In this document: in pieces, positions 38,021-49,619 of the stretch
Position numbering within the stretch: the first letter of the stretch is position 1
Layout of the letters: each line of letters opens with the position of its first letter
Assembly (NCBI RefSeq): GCF_006345805.1
Contig: NC_043022.1
Location: 1,426,001 to 1,490,000 of the forward strand
DNA: 64,000 nucleotides
Reading direction: 5' to 3'
DNA from: Octopus sinensis
Lineage: Eukaryota
The notes under the pieces: model-generated
Seen by the model: only the letters and a program-made list of their open reading frames with translations
Database searches by the model: none
What the model was told of the DNA's origin: nothing
Translations under genes and position numbers: made by a program

Positions 38021-38318
38021 TTAAATAAGCAGGAAATGGAGAAATCTTTTGATCAACAAACAAATTGACCAACATCGGTTGATTATTTTTTAATAAAAAT
38101 AATCAACCGATGTTGGTCAATTTGTTTGTTTGTCAATCAGGTTTTCTTATTTAAATTTGATTCCTGATAAACTTTTGTTTATTCTGTTATTACCTGTACC
38201 CTATGAGCATAGTGTGCTTGCATACCTGTGCCCAGGGACACTATAGGTAAATAATAACGGTAGTAAGAATGGATATTCTTATCCCTTAGATGGTTATTCC
38301 AACCGCTAACTCTACTTA

Positions 38319-38362
<44 letters not shown>

Positions 38363-38607
38363 ATAAATTACATGCTGAAAAGAGATGTCAAATCCCCAAA
38401 TGTATATATATATATATAATATATATATAAGAATTTTTTGCATAATGAGATAAAAAAAACCAAGGCTGTGTAGATAGAACAGTTATAGATAGAAGGTCTT
38501 ACAGCTGTTTCCAGGATATTTATTAATTATATCCCTTCATCGGAGACGGTGTGAGAGGATGGTTAAGTCATAGTTAATTTAGATAGGATGCAAAATAGAG
38601 AGTGAGT

Positions 38608-38640
<33 letters not shown>

Positions 38641-38851
38641 AATGAAGAATAACATTTTTTTTGAAAAAAATATATTCTTTTTCAAAAAAAATTTTATCAA
38701 TGGCCAGCATATCAAAAAAATACCTTTAAAGGTTAAATCTATAAACAATTCATAATTAAGGGCAAACGAAAAAATTTCTAATGCCAGATATGCCGAAAAA
38801 TTGGACATATTGTCCATTAACCATATAATTGTTTGCCCTTAATTATGAATT

Positions 38852-38886
<35 letters not shown>

Positions 38887-40050
38887 GATATGTATATATA
38901 TATAAATACTTTATGGTCTATGGGCAATTTTTTTATGCATGCTGGCCACTGGTGTTTATTATTATCTTTAATAATTTTTACCCTTTACATATTTATATAT
39001 ACAGCAGTACCTCGGTTCTCGAACCACTCTGATCACGAATAAATCGTGCTTTATCTCCTGTATTTCTCATATTCATTTAATACAGTAGTACCCCGGTTTA
39101 CAAACGCCTCCGATCACAAATAAATCGTGCTTTATATATATCAATGTATATATATATAATGATAAATCTCAGAGCGAGTTATAAACAGTAGCAGCAACAC
39201 ATCGTGGCGTATATTTGCCATTTGAATATGGCTAACCCCTAAGGCTGGATGCTACTGTAGTTTGTAGCCCCAGGAGGACACCTCCTCCAGCTGGCTATAG
39301 ACACACTTTCTGTGCCCTATCAGTATTTGCAAAGGGAAGCCATCCTTCCCGTCTTTAACTTATGATACACACAGACTCGAGTTTCAGGGTATTGACCCGT
39401 CATCGGCGTGTGACAATCATAGTTGTCGATGAGAAGTAAGGTTCCCTTCACAAATACAAATACATTTTCCAGTATCGATTGACACTGATATTGAAAAAGT
39501 GAAATCAAACAATGATAAATCTCAGAGCGAGATATATGTATATATATATCATCTGCAGAGAGACGTAGCCTTAATGCACACACATACAAGTATATACAAT
39601 ACAAGCCCTTAAAACACACACCCAACACAGAGATACATTAAATGTCTCCTACTTAAAAATATTTAACTCACTAAAATAGATCCTTCTCTTTCCAAATTGA
39701 AATGCTTATAACCTGTCTGTAGAACAGTTTTGCTAAACGAAAAACACCAAATAATTTTTTTTTTTCAAAAAAAGCTGGATTTGTCAAGAACGGAAGCTAA
39801 AAAAGTGCTTAAAATGGAAACTTGAATCTGCTAAAAGGGTTAAATGTAAAACTATATTTTTAGAATTCACTTACCAAGTACATTACAAATATAGGCGTGG
39901 CTGTTTGGTAAGAAGTTTGCTTCTTGACCGCATGGTTCCGGGTTCAGTCCCACTGCACAGCATCTTGGAAATATCTGCTACTATAGCCTCAGGCTGACCA
40001 AAGCCTTGTGAGTGGATTTGGTAGCTGGAAACTGAAAGAAGCCCATTGTG

Positions 40051-40097
<47 letters not shown>

Positions 40098-40125
40098 ATA
40101 CATACATATACACATACACACACAC

Positions 40126-40343
40126 ACGAGTATTTGCTGTGAAGATCCTGGCTTTGGGTAAAAGAAAATACAGGAAGATCAGTTAACTATGCTTTTATCC
40201 AACATATTCCCCTCTCAGATTTACACACTTATTGCAGCGGTCCTTCAGTTTTTCTAGGCCCTGTAAAAGAACTCAGAGGGTTGGGAGCTTCCAACCAGGC
40301 CTTTTGCAATACACTTAAAACTAGGAACTCTTCAGTGCCCCTA

Positions 40344-40377
<34 letters not shown>

Positions 40378-40590
40378 AATACACGAGGGTGTGCTGAGAA
40401 GATCCTGGCTTTTGGATAAAAGAAAATACAAGGGTATCAGTTAATTATGATTTTATTCAACTTATTCTCCTACTCAGTTTCACACACTTATTGCAGGGGT
40501 CCTTCAGTTTTTCTAAACCATTTAAAAGAACTTGAAGGGTTGGGCCTCCAACCAGGCCCTTCACAATACCTTTAAAGCCAGGAACTTTTA
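40126..40590. mobile_element. Two tandem mariner-type MITEs (about 40126-40344 and 40383-40590)
   Basis: Related ~215-bp units with TIR-like ends 'acgagggtgtgctgagaagatcctggctt' / 'aaagccaggaacttt', separated by (TA)n. Confidence 0.75.
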
Positions 40591-41849
40591 TAGTAAATGA
40601 TGTTGAAGATGATATATTCAGATTGAAATGAATATTCTTTGAACTGTAAAGACTTTGTTATCTTCTATATAATCACCTGATTTAATTATTCAGCGTTATC
40701 ATTACTCTGATGAACAGTCTCATGAAACCCAATGTTACAGTTTGGGAAGATTTTTCTCTGCTTTAACAAAACAGTAAATATATATATATGTGGAGGTGCG
40801 TGGCTTAGTGGTTAGGGTGTCAGCATCATGATCATAAGATTGTGGTTTCGATTCCTGGACCGGGTGATGTGTTGTGTTCTTGAACAAAACACTTCATTTC
40901 ACGTTGCTCCAGTCCACTCAGCTGGCAAAAATGAGTAACGCTGCAATGGACTGGCGTCCCGTCCAGCTGGGGAGCACATGCGCCATAGAAACCGGGCCCA
41001 TGAGCCTGGCTAGGCTTTAAAAGGGCACATTTATTTATTTTATATACATACATATATATATGAGATGCGATCTTATTTTAGTGTGCTAAATGAGTAATTT
41101 AAGTATCAGATTTTTAATATATCAATACTCAAAGATGAATTTTATTTGTTGCTTTTGTCTTTGAGTTAGATTTTAATATATCTTTTACTCATCATATATT
41201 TTATTTCATCACACACACACACACACACACAGTGCATTCACTTGTACATTGTGATGTATGTGGGTGTAACATTATTTTTTCTTATATGTACACACACACA
41301 CGATGGGCTAAAAGTCATGAAAAGGTATCAAATTTTAATATTTTTTAAATGATTTAAAAAAAAATTTAGGTGCAGTTTTTTTTGTACCTAGTTTACGTGT
41401 ATTTCCTGTATACGTATGTACATACGTACGTACGTATACTGGGGTATTGTTAATTTAAAAAAGAGATTGAAATCCCTTCATGACTTTGAACTGACCCTTC
41501 CATGCATGCATAGGTTGGATGGTTTGACAGGAGCTGGCCAGGTAGAAGACTACCCCTGGCTACTGTGTCTGTTTTGGCATGGGTTTTACAGTTGGATGCC
41601 CTTCCTAACACACACACACACACACACACAGTCTTCATCTTTGTAACTTCCAGAATTGTTTTACAGTGAACTGGTATTTCTGTTCCAGGGTATTAACATT
41701 GTGTGTATGTGCGTGTGTGTGTGTGTGCATGTGGTCAACTGAAATTGATCAACTCAGGGTCTCATATGAGATATTATGAAGTATTGAGATAGGGGAGAGG
41801 TTTTGTTTTGCAAATTTACACAAGAATGTAAAAGAAAACTGACGACCAT

Positions 41850-41892
<43 letters not shown>

Positions 41893-42165
41893 TAAATTCT
41901 TTCTACCAAAACAAATTTTTGTGTTCTTCAATCTTTTACCAAACTCAAGTGTGGCAGGGTTTATTTGTGAAACAGAAGAGATTTTGTGATTTCTATAAAA
42001 AAAAGTTGTTTAAAGGGTTCCGCAACGAAATAATTTCGGGGATCACTGTATTATGGTATTAACCCCAGTCGTTGAGTTTCTTTCAAGTAAATTCTTACCG
42101 AAATATCCCCTACACTGTCTCAACTTTCTTTGTTTCTCTTCTCTTTTTTGCTACTGAACCTACAG

Positions 42166-42282
42166 AGTAAACTGGAGACGGAAGTGAGCACAATGAAGGC
42201 CAAGGTGCAGTCATTGCAAGTGGATCTGGAGAATAGTGAAGCTGTACAGAGAGATTTTGTTAAACTATCCCAGTCTTTACAG
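42166..42282 (+). CDS. RABEP1: RABEP1 exon (SKLETEVSTMKAKVQSLQVDLENSEAVQRDFVKLSQSLQ), after a 22.9-kb intron
   Basis: ctacag acceptor, CAG|gtttgt donor, 117 nt, phase 0-0. 'SExVQRDFVKLSQ' is the hallmark of the Rabaptin Rab5-binding region; collinear with the 19065-19231 exon, so no exon is missing. Confidence 0.95.
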
Positions 42283-42793
42283 GTTTGTACTCTCTTTCTC
42301 TTTTACTCTCTTTTACTCTCTTTTACTTGTTTCAGTCATTTGACTGCGGCCATGCTGGAGCACCGCCTTTAGTCGAGTAAACCAACAATGAGCTCAAAGA
42401 CAAAAATGGGTAACGAGTGTATATGCCATATTTCAATGGGTTTTGCCCCTTCATCAGCACCCATCTAACCCACTCTCGCCTCCGAACACATTGCTTATAT
42501 AGCCACAGCATGCAGCCGTGTTAAGTTATTCATCATCATCATCATCATCGTTTAGCGTCTGCTTTCCATGCTGGCATGGGTTGGACAGTGCAACTGGGGT
42601 CTGGGAAGCCAGAAGGCTGCACCAGGCCCAGTCTGATCTGGCAATGTTTCTGCGGTTGGATGCCCTTCCTAACGCCAACCACTCCACAAGTGTAGTGGGT
42701 GCTTTTTACGTGCCAGATGAGGCTGGCAAACGGCCACGATCGGATGGTGCTTTTTACATGCCACCGGCACGGAAATTGGATATACCAAATTAA

Positions 42794-43030
42794 GGGCGGC
42801 GAACTGGCAGAATGGTTAGCATTCCGGGCGAAATGCGTAGCCGTATTTCGTCTGCTGTTACATTCTGAGTTCAAATTCTGCCGGGGTTGACTTTGCCTCT
42901 CATCCTTTCAGGGTTCGATAAATTAAGTACTAGTTACGCACTGGCGTCGATATAATGGACTTAATCTGTCTGTCTGTCCTTGTTTGTCTCCTTTGTGTTT
43001 AGGCCCTTGTGGGTAGTAAAGAAATAGGAT
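42794..43030 (+). mobile_element. tRNA-headed SINE (family A). Other copies near 9770-9975, 9990-10205, 12780-12990, 13050-13260, 18420-18840, 19900-20110, 24785-25180, 29775-29990, 59590-59900, 61197-61410
   Basis: Head 'ggcggcgaactggcagaatggttagc...ctgagttcaaattctgcc' (A box, B box GTTCRA); core 'ttgcctttcatcctttcggggtcgataaattaagtacc'; many copies end in (ATT)n. Confidence 0.85.
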
Positions 43031-43193
43031 ATACCAATTTACATTTTAGATACATTCCTGGGGCTGGTGTGTAAATCTTCAGTTTTATAACGATCTCAAT
43101 TGATTGCTGGGAACAATAAATATTAAACAATTAATTAAATAAAAATTAGCCGTTCTCCTTTTTATTCCTTTTTATTCTTGTGTTCTTCTTCAG

Positions 43194-43304
43194 ATTCAAC
43201 TGGAAAAAATTCGGCAAGCAGAAACTGAGGTGAGATGGCAGCATGAAGAAGATGTCGATGAATGCAACAATTGCAGACAGGCTTTCTCTGTGACAAAGCG
43301 AAAG
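43194..43304 (+). CDS. RABEP1: RABEP1 exon, end of Rab5-binding helix and start of FYVE (IQLEKIRQAETEVRWQHEEDVDECNNCRQAFSVTKRK)
   Basis: ttcttcag acceptor, AAG|gtaagc donor, 111 nt, phase 0-0. Confidence 0.95.
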
Positions 43305-43310
43305 GTAAGC

Positions 43311-43504
43311 ACTGACTTTGCATGGCATCTGTAGTCTCTTATAGCAATGGTGCCAAATTTTGGCACAAGACCAGTACCGACTTTGCATGGCATCTGTAGT
43401 CTCTTATAGCAATGGTGCCAAATTTTGGCACAAGACCAGTACCGACTTTGCATGGCATCTGTAGTCTCTTATAGCAATGGTGCCAAATTTTGGCACAAGA
43501 CCAG
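43311..43504 (+). repeat. Three near-identical 65-bp tandem units immediately after the FYVE-exon donor
   Basis: Units start at 43311, 43376 and 43441. Confidence 0.95.
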
Positions 43505-43667
43505 GAATTTTTTTTTAGGGGGTGGGGGATAGTAATTTACATGAACCCCAGCATTCAACTGGTACTTATTTTATCTTAGTTTGTCAAAATGAGTTTCTTG
43601 AAATGAAATGTTTTTGATGATGTAAAGCTAAACTGTCGTTTGTTGTTATCTTTTCTTCATCGTCCAG

Positions 43668-43835
43668 CATCACTGCCGACACTGCGGGAAGATATTCTGC
43701 GCCGACTGCAATGCCAAGAATGTGATGAGTGGTCCAAACATGCGTTCGTCTAAAGTCTGTGATGTGTGCCATACAATTCTGGTGAAAGATGCTACCCCTT
43801 ACTTCAGTACAGAACCGCCTTCGACACCCCATTAA
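43668..43835 (+). CDS. RABEP1: RABEP1 terminal coding exon, FYVE finger (HHCRHCGKIFCADC...KVCDVC...PSTPH*)
   Basis: gtccag acceptor; (K)RKHHCRxCG, FCxxC and VCxxC zinc ligands; TAA at 43833-43835. Confidence 0.95.
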   Translation, partial: HHCRHCGKIFCADCNAKNVMSGPNMRSSKVCDVCHTILVKDATPYFSTEPPSTPH

Positions 43836-44065
43836 AAACCTTCTTGATGGTTTCCTCTGTAAATTTCTATTGTGGAACTAACACTTATCCTAGGGGTGGG
43901 GCAGTTGCTGACTGACGGACGGACAGAACAGTTTTTTCTTTTTTTTTTGGTGGCACAAACTGTTCAAGGCTCAAAAGGAAGAGAAAGAGAGAGAGAAAGA
44001 GAGAAAGAAAGATAATACAGAAAAAAAAATCTCATGTGGAGAACTGCCAGATATTTATGGATATA

Positions 44066-44075
44066 AATAAATAAA
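44066..44075 (+). promoter_or_regulatory. Candidate polyadenylation signal (two overlapping AATAAA) of RABEP1
   Basis: First AATAAA hexamers about 230 nt after the stop codon; the real 3' end is unknown. Confidence 0.35.
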
Positions 44076-45243
44076 CAAAAATATTCAACAACAACAACAA
44101 CAACAGCAGCAGAAGTGACTGAATGTAATTATATAAAAGAACATTGGAAGAACTTTCTTTCCAATTTATTGTATAAAAGTAGATGAAAAAAAAAGACAAA
44201 AAATATACAAAACTAAAATGAAAGAAAAAAAAAAACAGACTGTGACTGTTGCAGAATTAATATATAAGGATATTTATTTGTAATGATGATTCTGTCACCC
44301 ATTCTTTTAACTGAGCGTGTCTGTGTGTCTGTGCGTATGTGTGTGTATGAGTGAGTATGTCCGTGTGTGTGTCCGTGTGTGTATATATTATTTTTCACAT
44401 TTCTTTGTAAATCAATGGGATAGAAGGCTTTGACAATAGCTTGCCATTTATTCCAAGGCTGGTGGAAGAGCGGTTTATTGGGTTTTTTCCACCATGCAAA
44501 ACATGTTTTTCAAGCTGGTTATTGTTGTCCTCCTCCTGCCTTCAGGGTTTTCTCCTTTTTTTTTTTTTCACCTTCGTCTGAAGGTGATCAATTTTTCTTG
44601 ATTCTGGTGGCAGGGTCCATCTCGACTAAAAATTTTAAAAATGTGATTATGTTTGGTTCATTCGGAAAACCTGACCATAACTCCCTGCAGACTTAACAGA
44701 GATGAGATGCTTTTTGCAGTTTTGTCCTTAATTAGACCTTCATATGAGATCTTTCATTTTTGGTCACAGAAAAGTTATGTATCGTCCTATCTGTTCTTGA
44801 GATAGCCAATATGAAACATGGTGAGTTCCTTTTGTGTTCCCTTCGGTGACTTATCAACCAGCATTTACAACCATACAGCAATATTCATTTAATATTATTG
44901 TTGTGCTACAGTTTCAAGTAGCCCTTGTTGGATTTCCACCTGTTATAATGTTCTTACGGAAGCTCGTTAGGGATTTTCCCAACCTTGCTTTATGATTTTT
45001 TGGCATGCTGTTTTAGTCTGAAAAAAAAATCCTTCCACCTCATTACTTCTTGTGGTTCTCCTAAAAGGCCACAAGCCAAGATCAACTGCGAGCTTCACAA
45101 TGTGTTTTTTCAAGTAGAGAGCATTATTCTACATTTTCCTCACTTCACGTCACCTCACCTAGCTGTCGGAATGGGTCCCAGAACATTTGGGAGATGTCAG
45201 CTGTGATTGACCATCATCTTAACTGGGGAGAATATATATATAC

Positions 45244-45302
<59 letters not shown>

Positions 45303-45343
45303 CATATATATATATGTATATACACATATATATATATATACAC

Positions 45344-45424
<81 letters not shown>

Positions 45425-45815
45425 TATATATACCCATCATCAATCTGTCGCTGTGAAACTGAGTCTAAACCTGGACTACCATTTAAAAGTTGTCTCTCAA
45501 GTCACTGGCTGCATTTACTTACTACCTAGTTTTACATCCTTTAAAAGCATTCTCCATCAGAAGTAATGCCTCACCTATGAAGCTGTCAATGTTCATACAT
45601 ATAACACTGGTCTTGGAGGTGTCAGTGATGAACTATGCTATATTTTGGACAGTAGTTGAGTCTGTCGATCCCATTCGATAAATGATTGCGTTATGTAGCT
45701 GTAGAGAGCATTGTCACTAAATTGTCAAGTGGACAATTATCTATCTTCTATTTGATATTTAAAAACACAGAGAGAAAGATAGGGAGAGAGGACACGCTAT
45801 TCTTTGGCTGTCTCT

Positions 45816-45971
45816 GAGGGGCGGACTGAGAGTATTATGGGCCCTCGGGCATAACTGTTCACTGGGGCCCCTTAAATGTGTGTTTTAGCAGTTGACATGT
45901 AGAGTGCAGGCCCCTCAGAGCTCCGGGCCCTTGGGCAGTGCCTGATTGACCGACGGCTCAGTCCGCCCCTG
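45816..45971. mobile_element. 156-bp hAT-type MITE with 8-bp TSD
   Basis: TIRs aggggcggactgag / ctcagtccgcccct; direct repeat ctgtctct at 45808-45815 and 45972-45979. Confidence 0.85.
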
Positions 45972-47059
45972 CTGTCTCTGTTTTATCCATCATCTGACCC
46001 TGTTGTAATTAAAGGAAGAACCGTATCTCTATTGTACACTAGATTTCACTGAAAAACCATTTCAAGAAAGTCTCATTAGTAACCGTATGGTACCGTATTG
46101 AGGGCAGATTGGTCAATGAGATAAAAATCACTCCTATGTGTTCTTGCAGTCCACCAACATATAATTGGTTATTTTGCCCTTCTTTTCATGGGCTGCGGCA
46201 GTGTATATAGTAAGTACTTTGTGAAGGTCACTGGAATGGCTGTGTGAGTGTGAGGACATTGTTTCATTCTAAGCAATATTTAATACTCAAGTGATGTCTG
46301 ATTTTTGCCCAGATTTAGTTAACCCTTTAAGCATTCAAATTACTCTGTTGAATGCAATGCTCGTTTATCCACATCGTTTTTAATTAATCAGGCATTATCT
46401 TGTAACTTTAAGATTTTCAAAATGACATTGTAAGGTATGTGTGAGAGGCTGGATCTGGCCAGTTTGAACATAAAACCAGTAAGATGTTTGCGCCTGATAT
46501 GGCAGGTTTAAATGCTAAAGGGTCAATGTATCACATGACTGGGTTCTTTTCTTTTCTTTCTTCCTTTTGCCCCTTCCGAATCTTCTGTGGTCTACTTTCA
46601 CTTTTAATTTGGGTCCCCATTTTAGTAAAGCATCTTGATAGAAGATGGATTGATATCATTGGCACTATTATATCACACACTCACCTCTCTTGTCCATACT
46701 GTAGTTTGTCATTGTTGAAAGCTCCCCCCCCCAACTCGTCTCCATTTATTATATGCTCAGTCAGAACAATATTCTCCCTGCCAGGATGGGACGATTTGAT
46801 CTGCTGCTGGCTGTGGCTATGCTTAGGTCAACCCCACCTCCTTTTATTTATTTATTTTTTTTTTGTTGCCATATCAACCTAGGTCTAATAAATATCTGAG
46901 ATTTTACAACTCTTCAAAGCTTTGATAACATTCTGCAATATGGAATAAACTATCATCATCATCATCAACCTCATTCTCAGTAAGATAAGAATTGCCTCAT
47001 CTAGGTTTCGATCCATTTAGAAACCCCCATCCACCTACCAATAATGATAATGATAATAT

Positions 47060-47372
47060 TAAAATAAGGAGAGTGTCTGTCGTTCCGGTAATGGTAGGGG
47101 CAGTTGGAGCACTAATAGCCAGGTTTGAGAAATATGTCGGAGAAATTGGAATTGACCCGAGGAGCGAGCAGACCCGAAAGACTGCTCTGTTGGGGACAGC
47201 TAGGATTTTTAGAATGGTGTTTGGGTGGTGAGTGTCTCCCACAACAAGTTGGCATCTGGGTACCAGAGCTTATAATTTGCGGAAAGTGACCCTGTGAGAC
47301 CTCTGGCAACAGGTCGCTGTCTGCTGTCACAGAATCAACCAGAGCAAGTAAGGCGAAGAGCTCTGAGAATTT
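47060..47372 (+). mobile_element. R4/Dong-like (RLE-clade) non-LTR retrotransposon 3' end
   Basis: VVPVMVGAVGALIARFEKYVGEIGI...RKTALLGTARIFRMVF matches the RLE C-terminal 'PVVIGALG...QKxALLGTA.IL' signature; flanked by (TAA/CAA)n. Confidence 0.75.
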
Positions 47373-47410
47373 AAATAACAACAACAACAATAAATGATAA
47401 TAATAATAAT

Positions 47411-47575
47411 GAGCAATGAAGAAAGTGGATTTGATTCCACTTGTGACTGGTGCACTTGGAAGCATCAGTACCCAACCACCGAGATGGCTAAAAAAGATTG
47501 GAACAAATGTAAAGATAGAAGACCTAGAAAAACCATCATTGCTTTTGGAACAGCAAGGACTCTTCTGCGCGGTTC
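47411..47575 (+). mobile_element. Second, divergent R4/Dong-like 3' fragment
   Basis: VDLIPLVTGALGSISTQPPRWLKKIGTNVKIEDLEK, then frameshifted LLGTARTL; follows (TAA)n. Confidence 0.7.
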
Positions 47576-49573
47576 TTGCGGTGGCACATAAAAGCAGCCA
47601 TTACACTCCTGGATTGGTTGGTGCTAGGAAGGGATTCCAGCCATAGAAACCATGCCACATCAGACTGGAATTGGTGCAGCCTCAGTCAAATCGTACAACC
47701 CATGCCAGCATGGACAACAGATGTTAAATGATGATGATGTATGCATGTGTAGATGCCTATGGCTTAGTGGTTAAAGTGTTGGACTCATGATCGTAAGATT
47801 GTGGTTTCGATTCCTGGCCTGGGCCCTGCATTGTGTTCTTAAGCAAAACCCTTCATTTCACGCTGCCCCAGTCCACTCTGTGAGCAGAAATGAGTAGTGC
47901 TGCAGTGGACTGGCGTCCCATCCAGGGAGGAATCTGTATCCATCAGAGAAACCAAGAAATGAGCCCCATGCTCCTTACTGACTAATGTGGACTAACCAAG
48001 AAGTAATTATTTATAGATGAGACAATTCAGAGATGATGATGATGATGGTGAGGGAGGAAGGAATGGCCTGGCAGAAACTGTAGTCAGAAAATCGTCTTAC
48101 AGTGTTTTACTTCTGTCTCTCCTTGTTTTGGGTTCAAACCTTGCCAGAGAATCAAACTCTTTGCACTTTATACTTTCTGAAGTAGGTAGCATGGTATAGT
48201 GGTAATTAAAATAAGGGCCAGGTAAGTCGGGTATTTTTATTTGATTCAGTCATTCACACCCCTCCTTCCATATCACCCCCACCCCAACACACCAATAAAT
48301 TGTGCCAAGATATGAAGAAATCCTTGTTACTGCAACACTTAACGATATAATAATTAGTAAGTGTTAATTCCTTCCAACTCCCCTTCCCCTCTGATTTATC
48401 TCCAAACCTTTCAGCAATAGCATTGCAACCAGCAGCAGCAGCCGTCCAAGAATTTGGACCTGGAGATCTCCATTTCCAGCGACTTCAAGGGTCATCTCCC
48501 AGTGGTGTCGGGCGTCAACGAAGAGCCCTCGACTACAACAAGACGACCAAAGTTTTTTTTTTTCCCAAGGTCTGGGGTCCCCGCCCCTAAGCCCTAGATC
48601 ATCACCTTAATCATCCTCACCCATCTTGTTGCTTAAGAACAACAACAGCAGCAGCAGCACATTTATTCCCTCCTGTTTATATCCATCGACCGTATTTGAA
48701 CCGGATTCTGTCCCTCTTCGAATGAGCATCCTTCTACATCTTTGTTCTTTGTTCTCCATGTAAGGCTGTTCGCAACTCGGCTCTGAAAGTAATAAAGGTT
48801 CGTTTTGGAGACCTTGTAAAATAGAGAATGTTGCAGGGAGGTTGGAGAGGATGTCCCCTAGCAGCAGCTGTTTCTGCTACGAACCCCGCCTCCCTTTCGC
48901 CTTTCCATTCGTCCGTCTCAGCTCCTTCATTCAACTTTGAATAATTTGGTGACAGCTTCGGTATTTTCTTTCTTGAGTCTCTCACCCGCCATTTATGTAG
49001 TTTCCTTTCTCTGGCTTCACCTTTCTGCCCCCACCCCCACCCCCCAACCATTATTAGCAATAGCAGCATCACTGGTTCGGTGGAGTCTTTGTTCCAAAAG
49101 AAGTTCTCCGTTCATCTAAGTTCGTTCTTTGTAAGAGAGTGATAGAACGAAGGGAAATAACTCAGATATGCCATTGATGGCATAGATTTTTTTTTTCCCT
49201 CCCAAGATCCAAACCCCTTTTTTGAGCATGACATTAGAAAGATTCTTTTAAAATGAATTTCTTGAAATTACCTCCCTTTTACTTTGAGTTGTCAACGATT
49301 GCCACCAGGTTTTAATTTTTTCATTTTCTTTTCTTCATTTTTTTTTTTAACGACTTGAAGTGAAATTCCAGGTCATTAATAATTTTCTTTTTTTAATCAT
49401 TTTTGCATACATCATTCATACACCACTACTTATCTGATATATATTCATATGAACTGGTGGACAAACGAAAGAAAATGACTCACAGCACATTTAGTACATG
49501 CTATATATTATTTAATAACAATTCAAGTTGGATTCATGCAACAACGAAACTCTAAGTTGCATGGACCCAAGTC

Positions 49574-49619
<46 letters not shown>

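Noticed and set aside
19232-42165. Missing RABEP1 exon or nested protein gene in the 22.9-kb intron
   Set aside because: The flanking exons are collinear with the Rabaptin sequence as I recall it, and the only coding traces inside are broken transposase fragments.
43311-43504. CRISPR-like array (repeats with an internal hairpin)
   Set aside because: Units are contiguous with no unique spacers, and the context is a eukaryotic intron.
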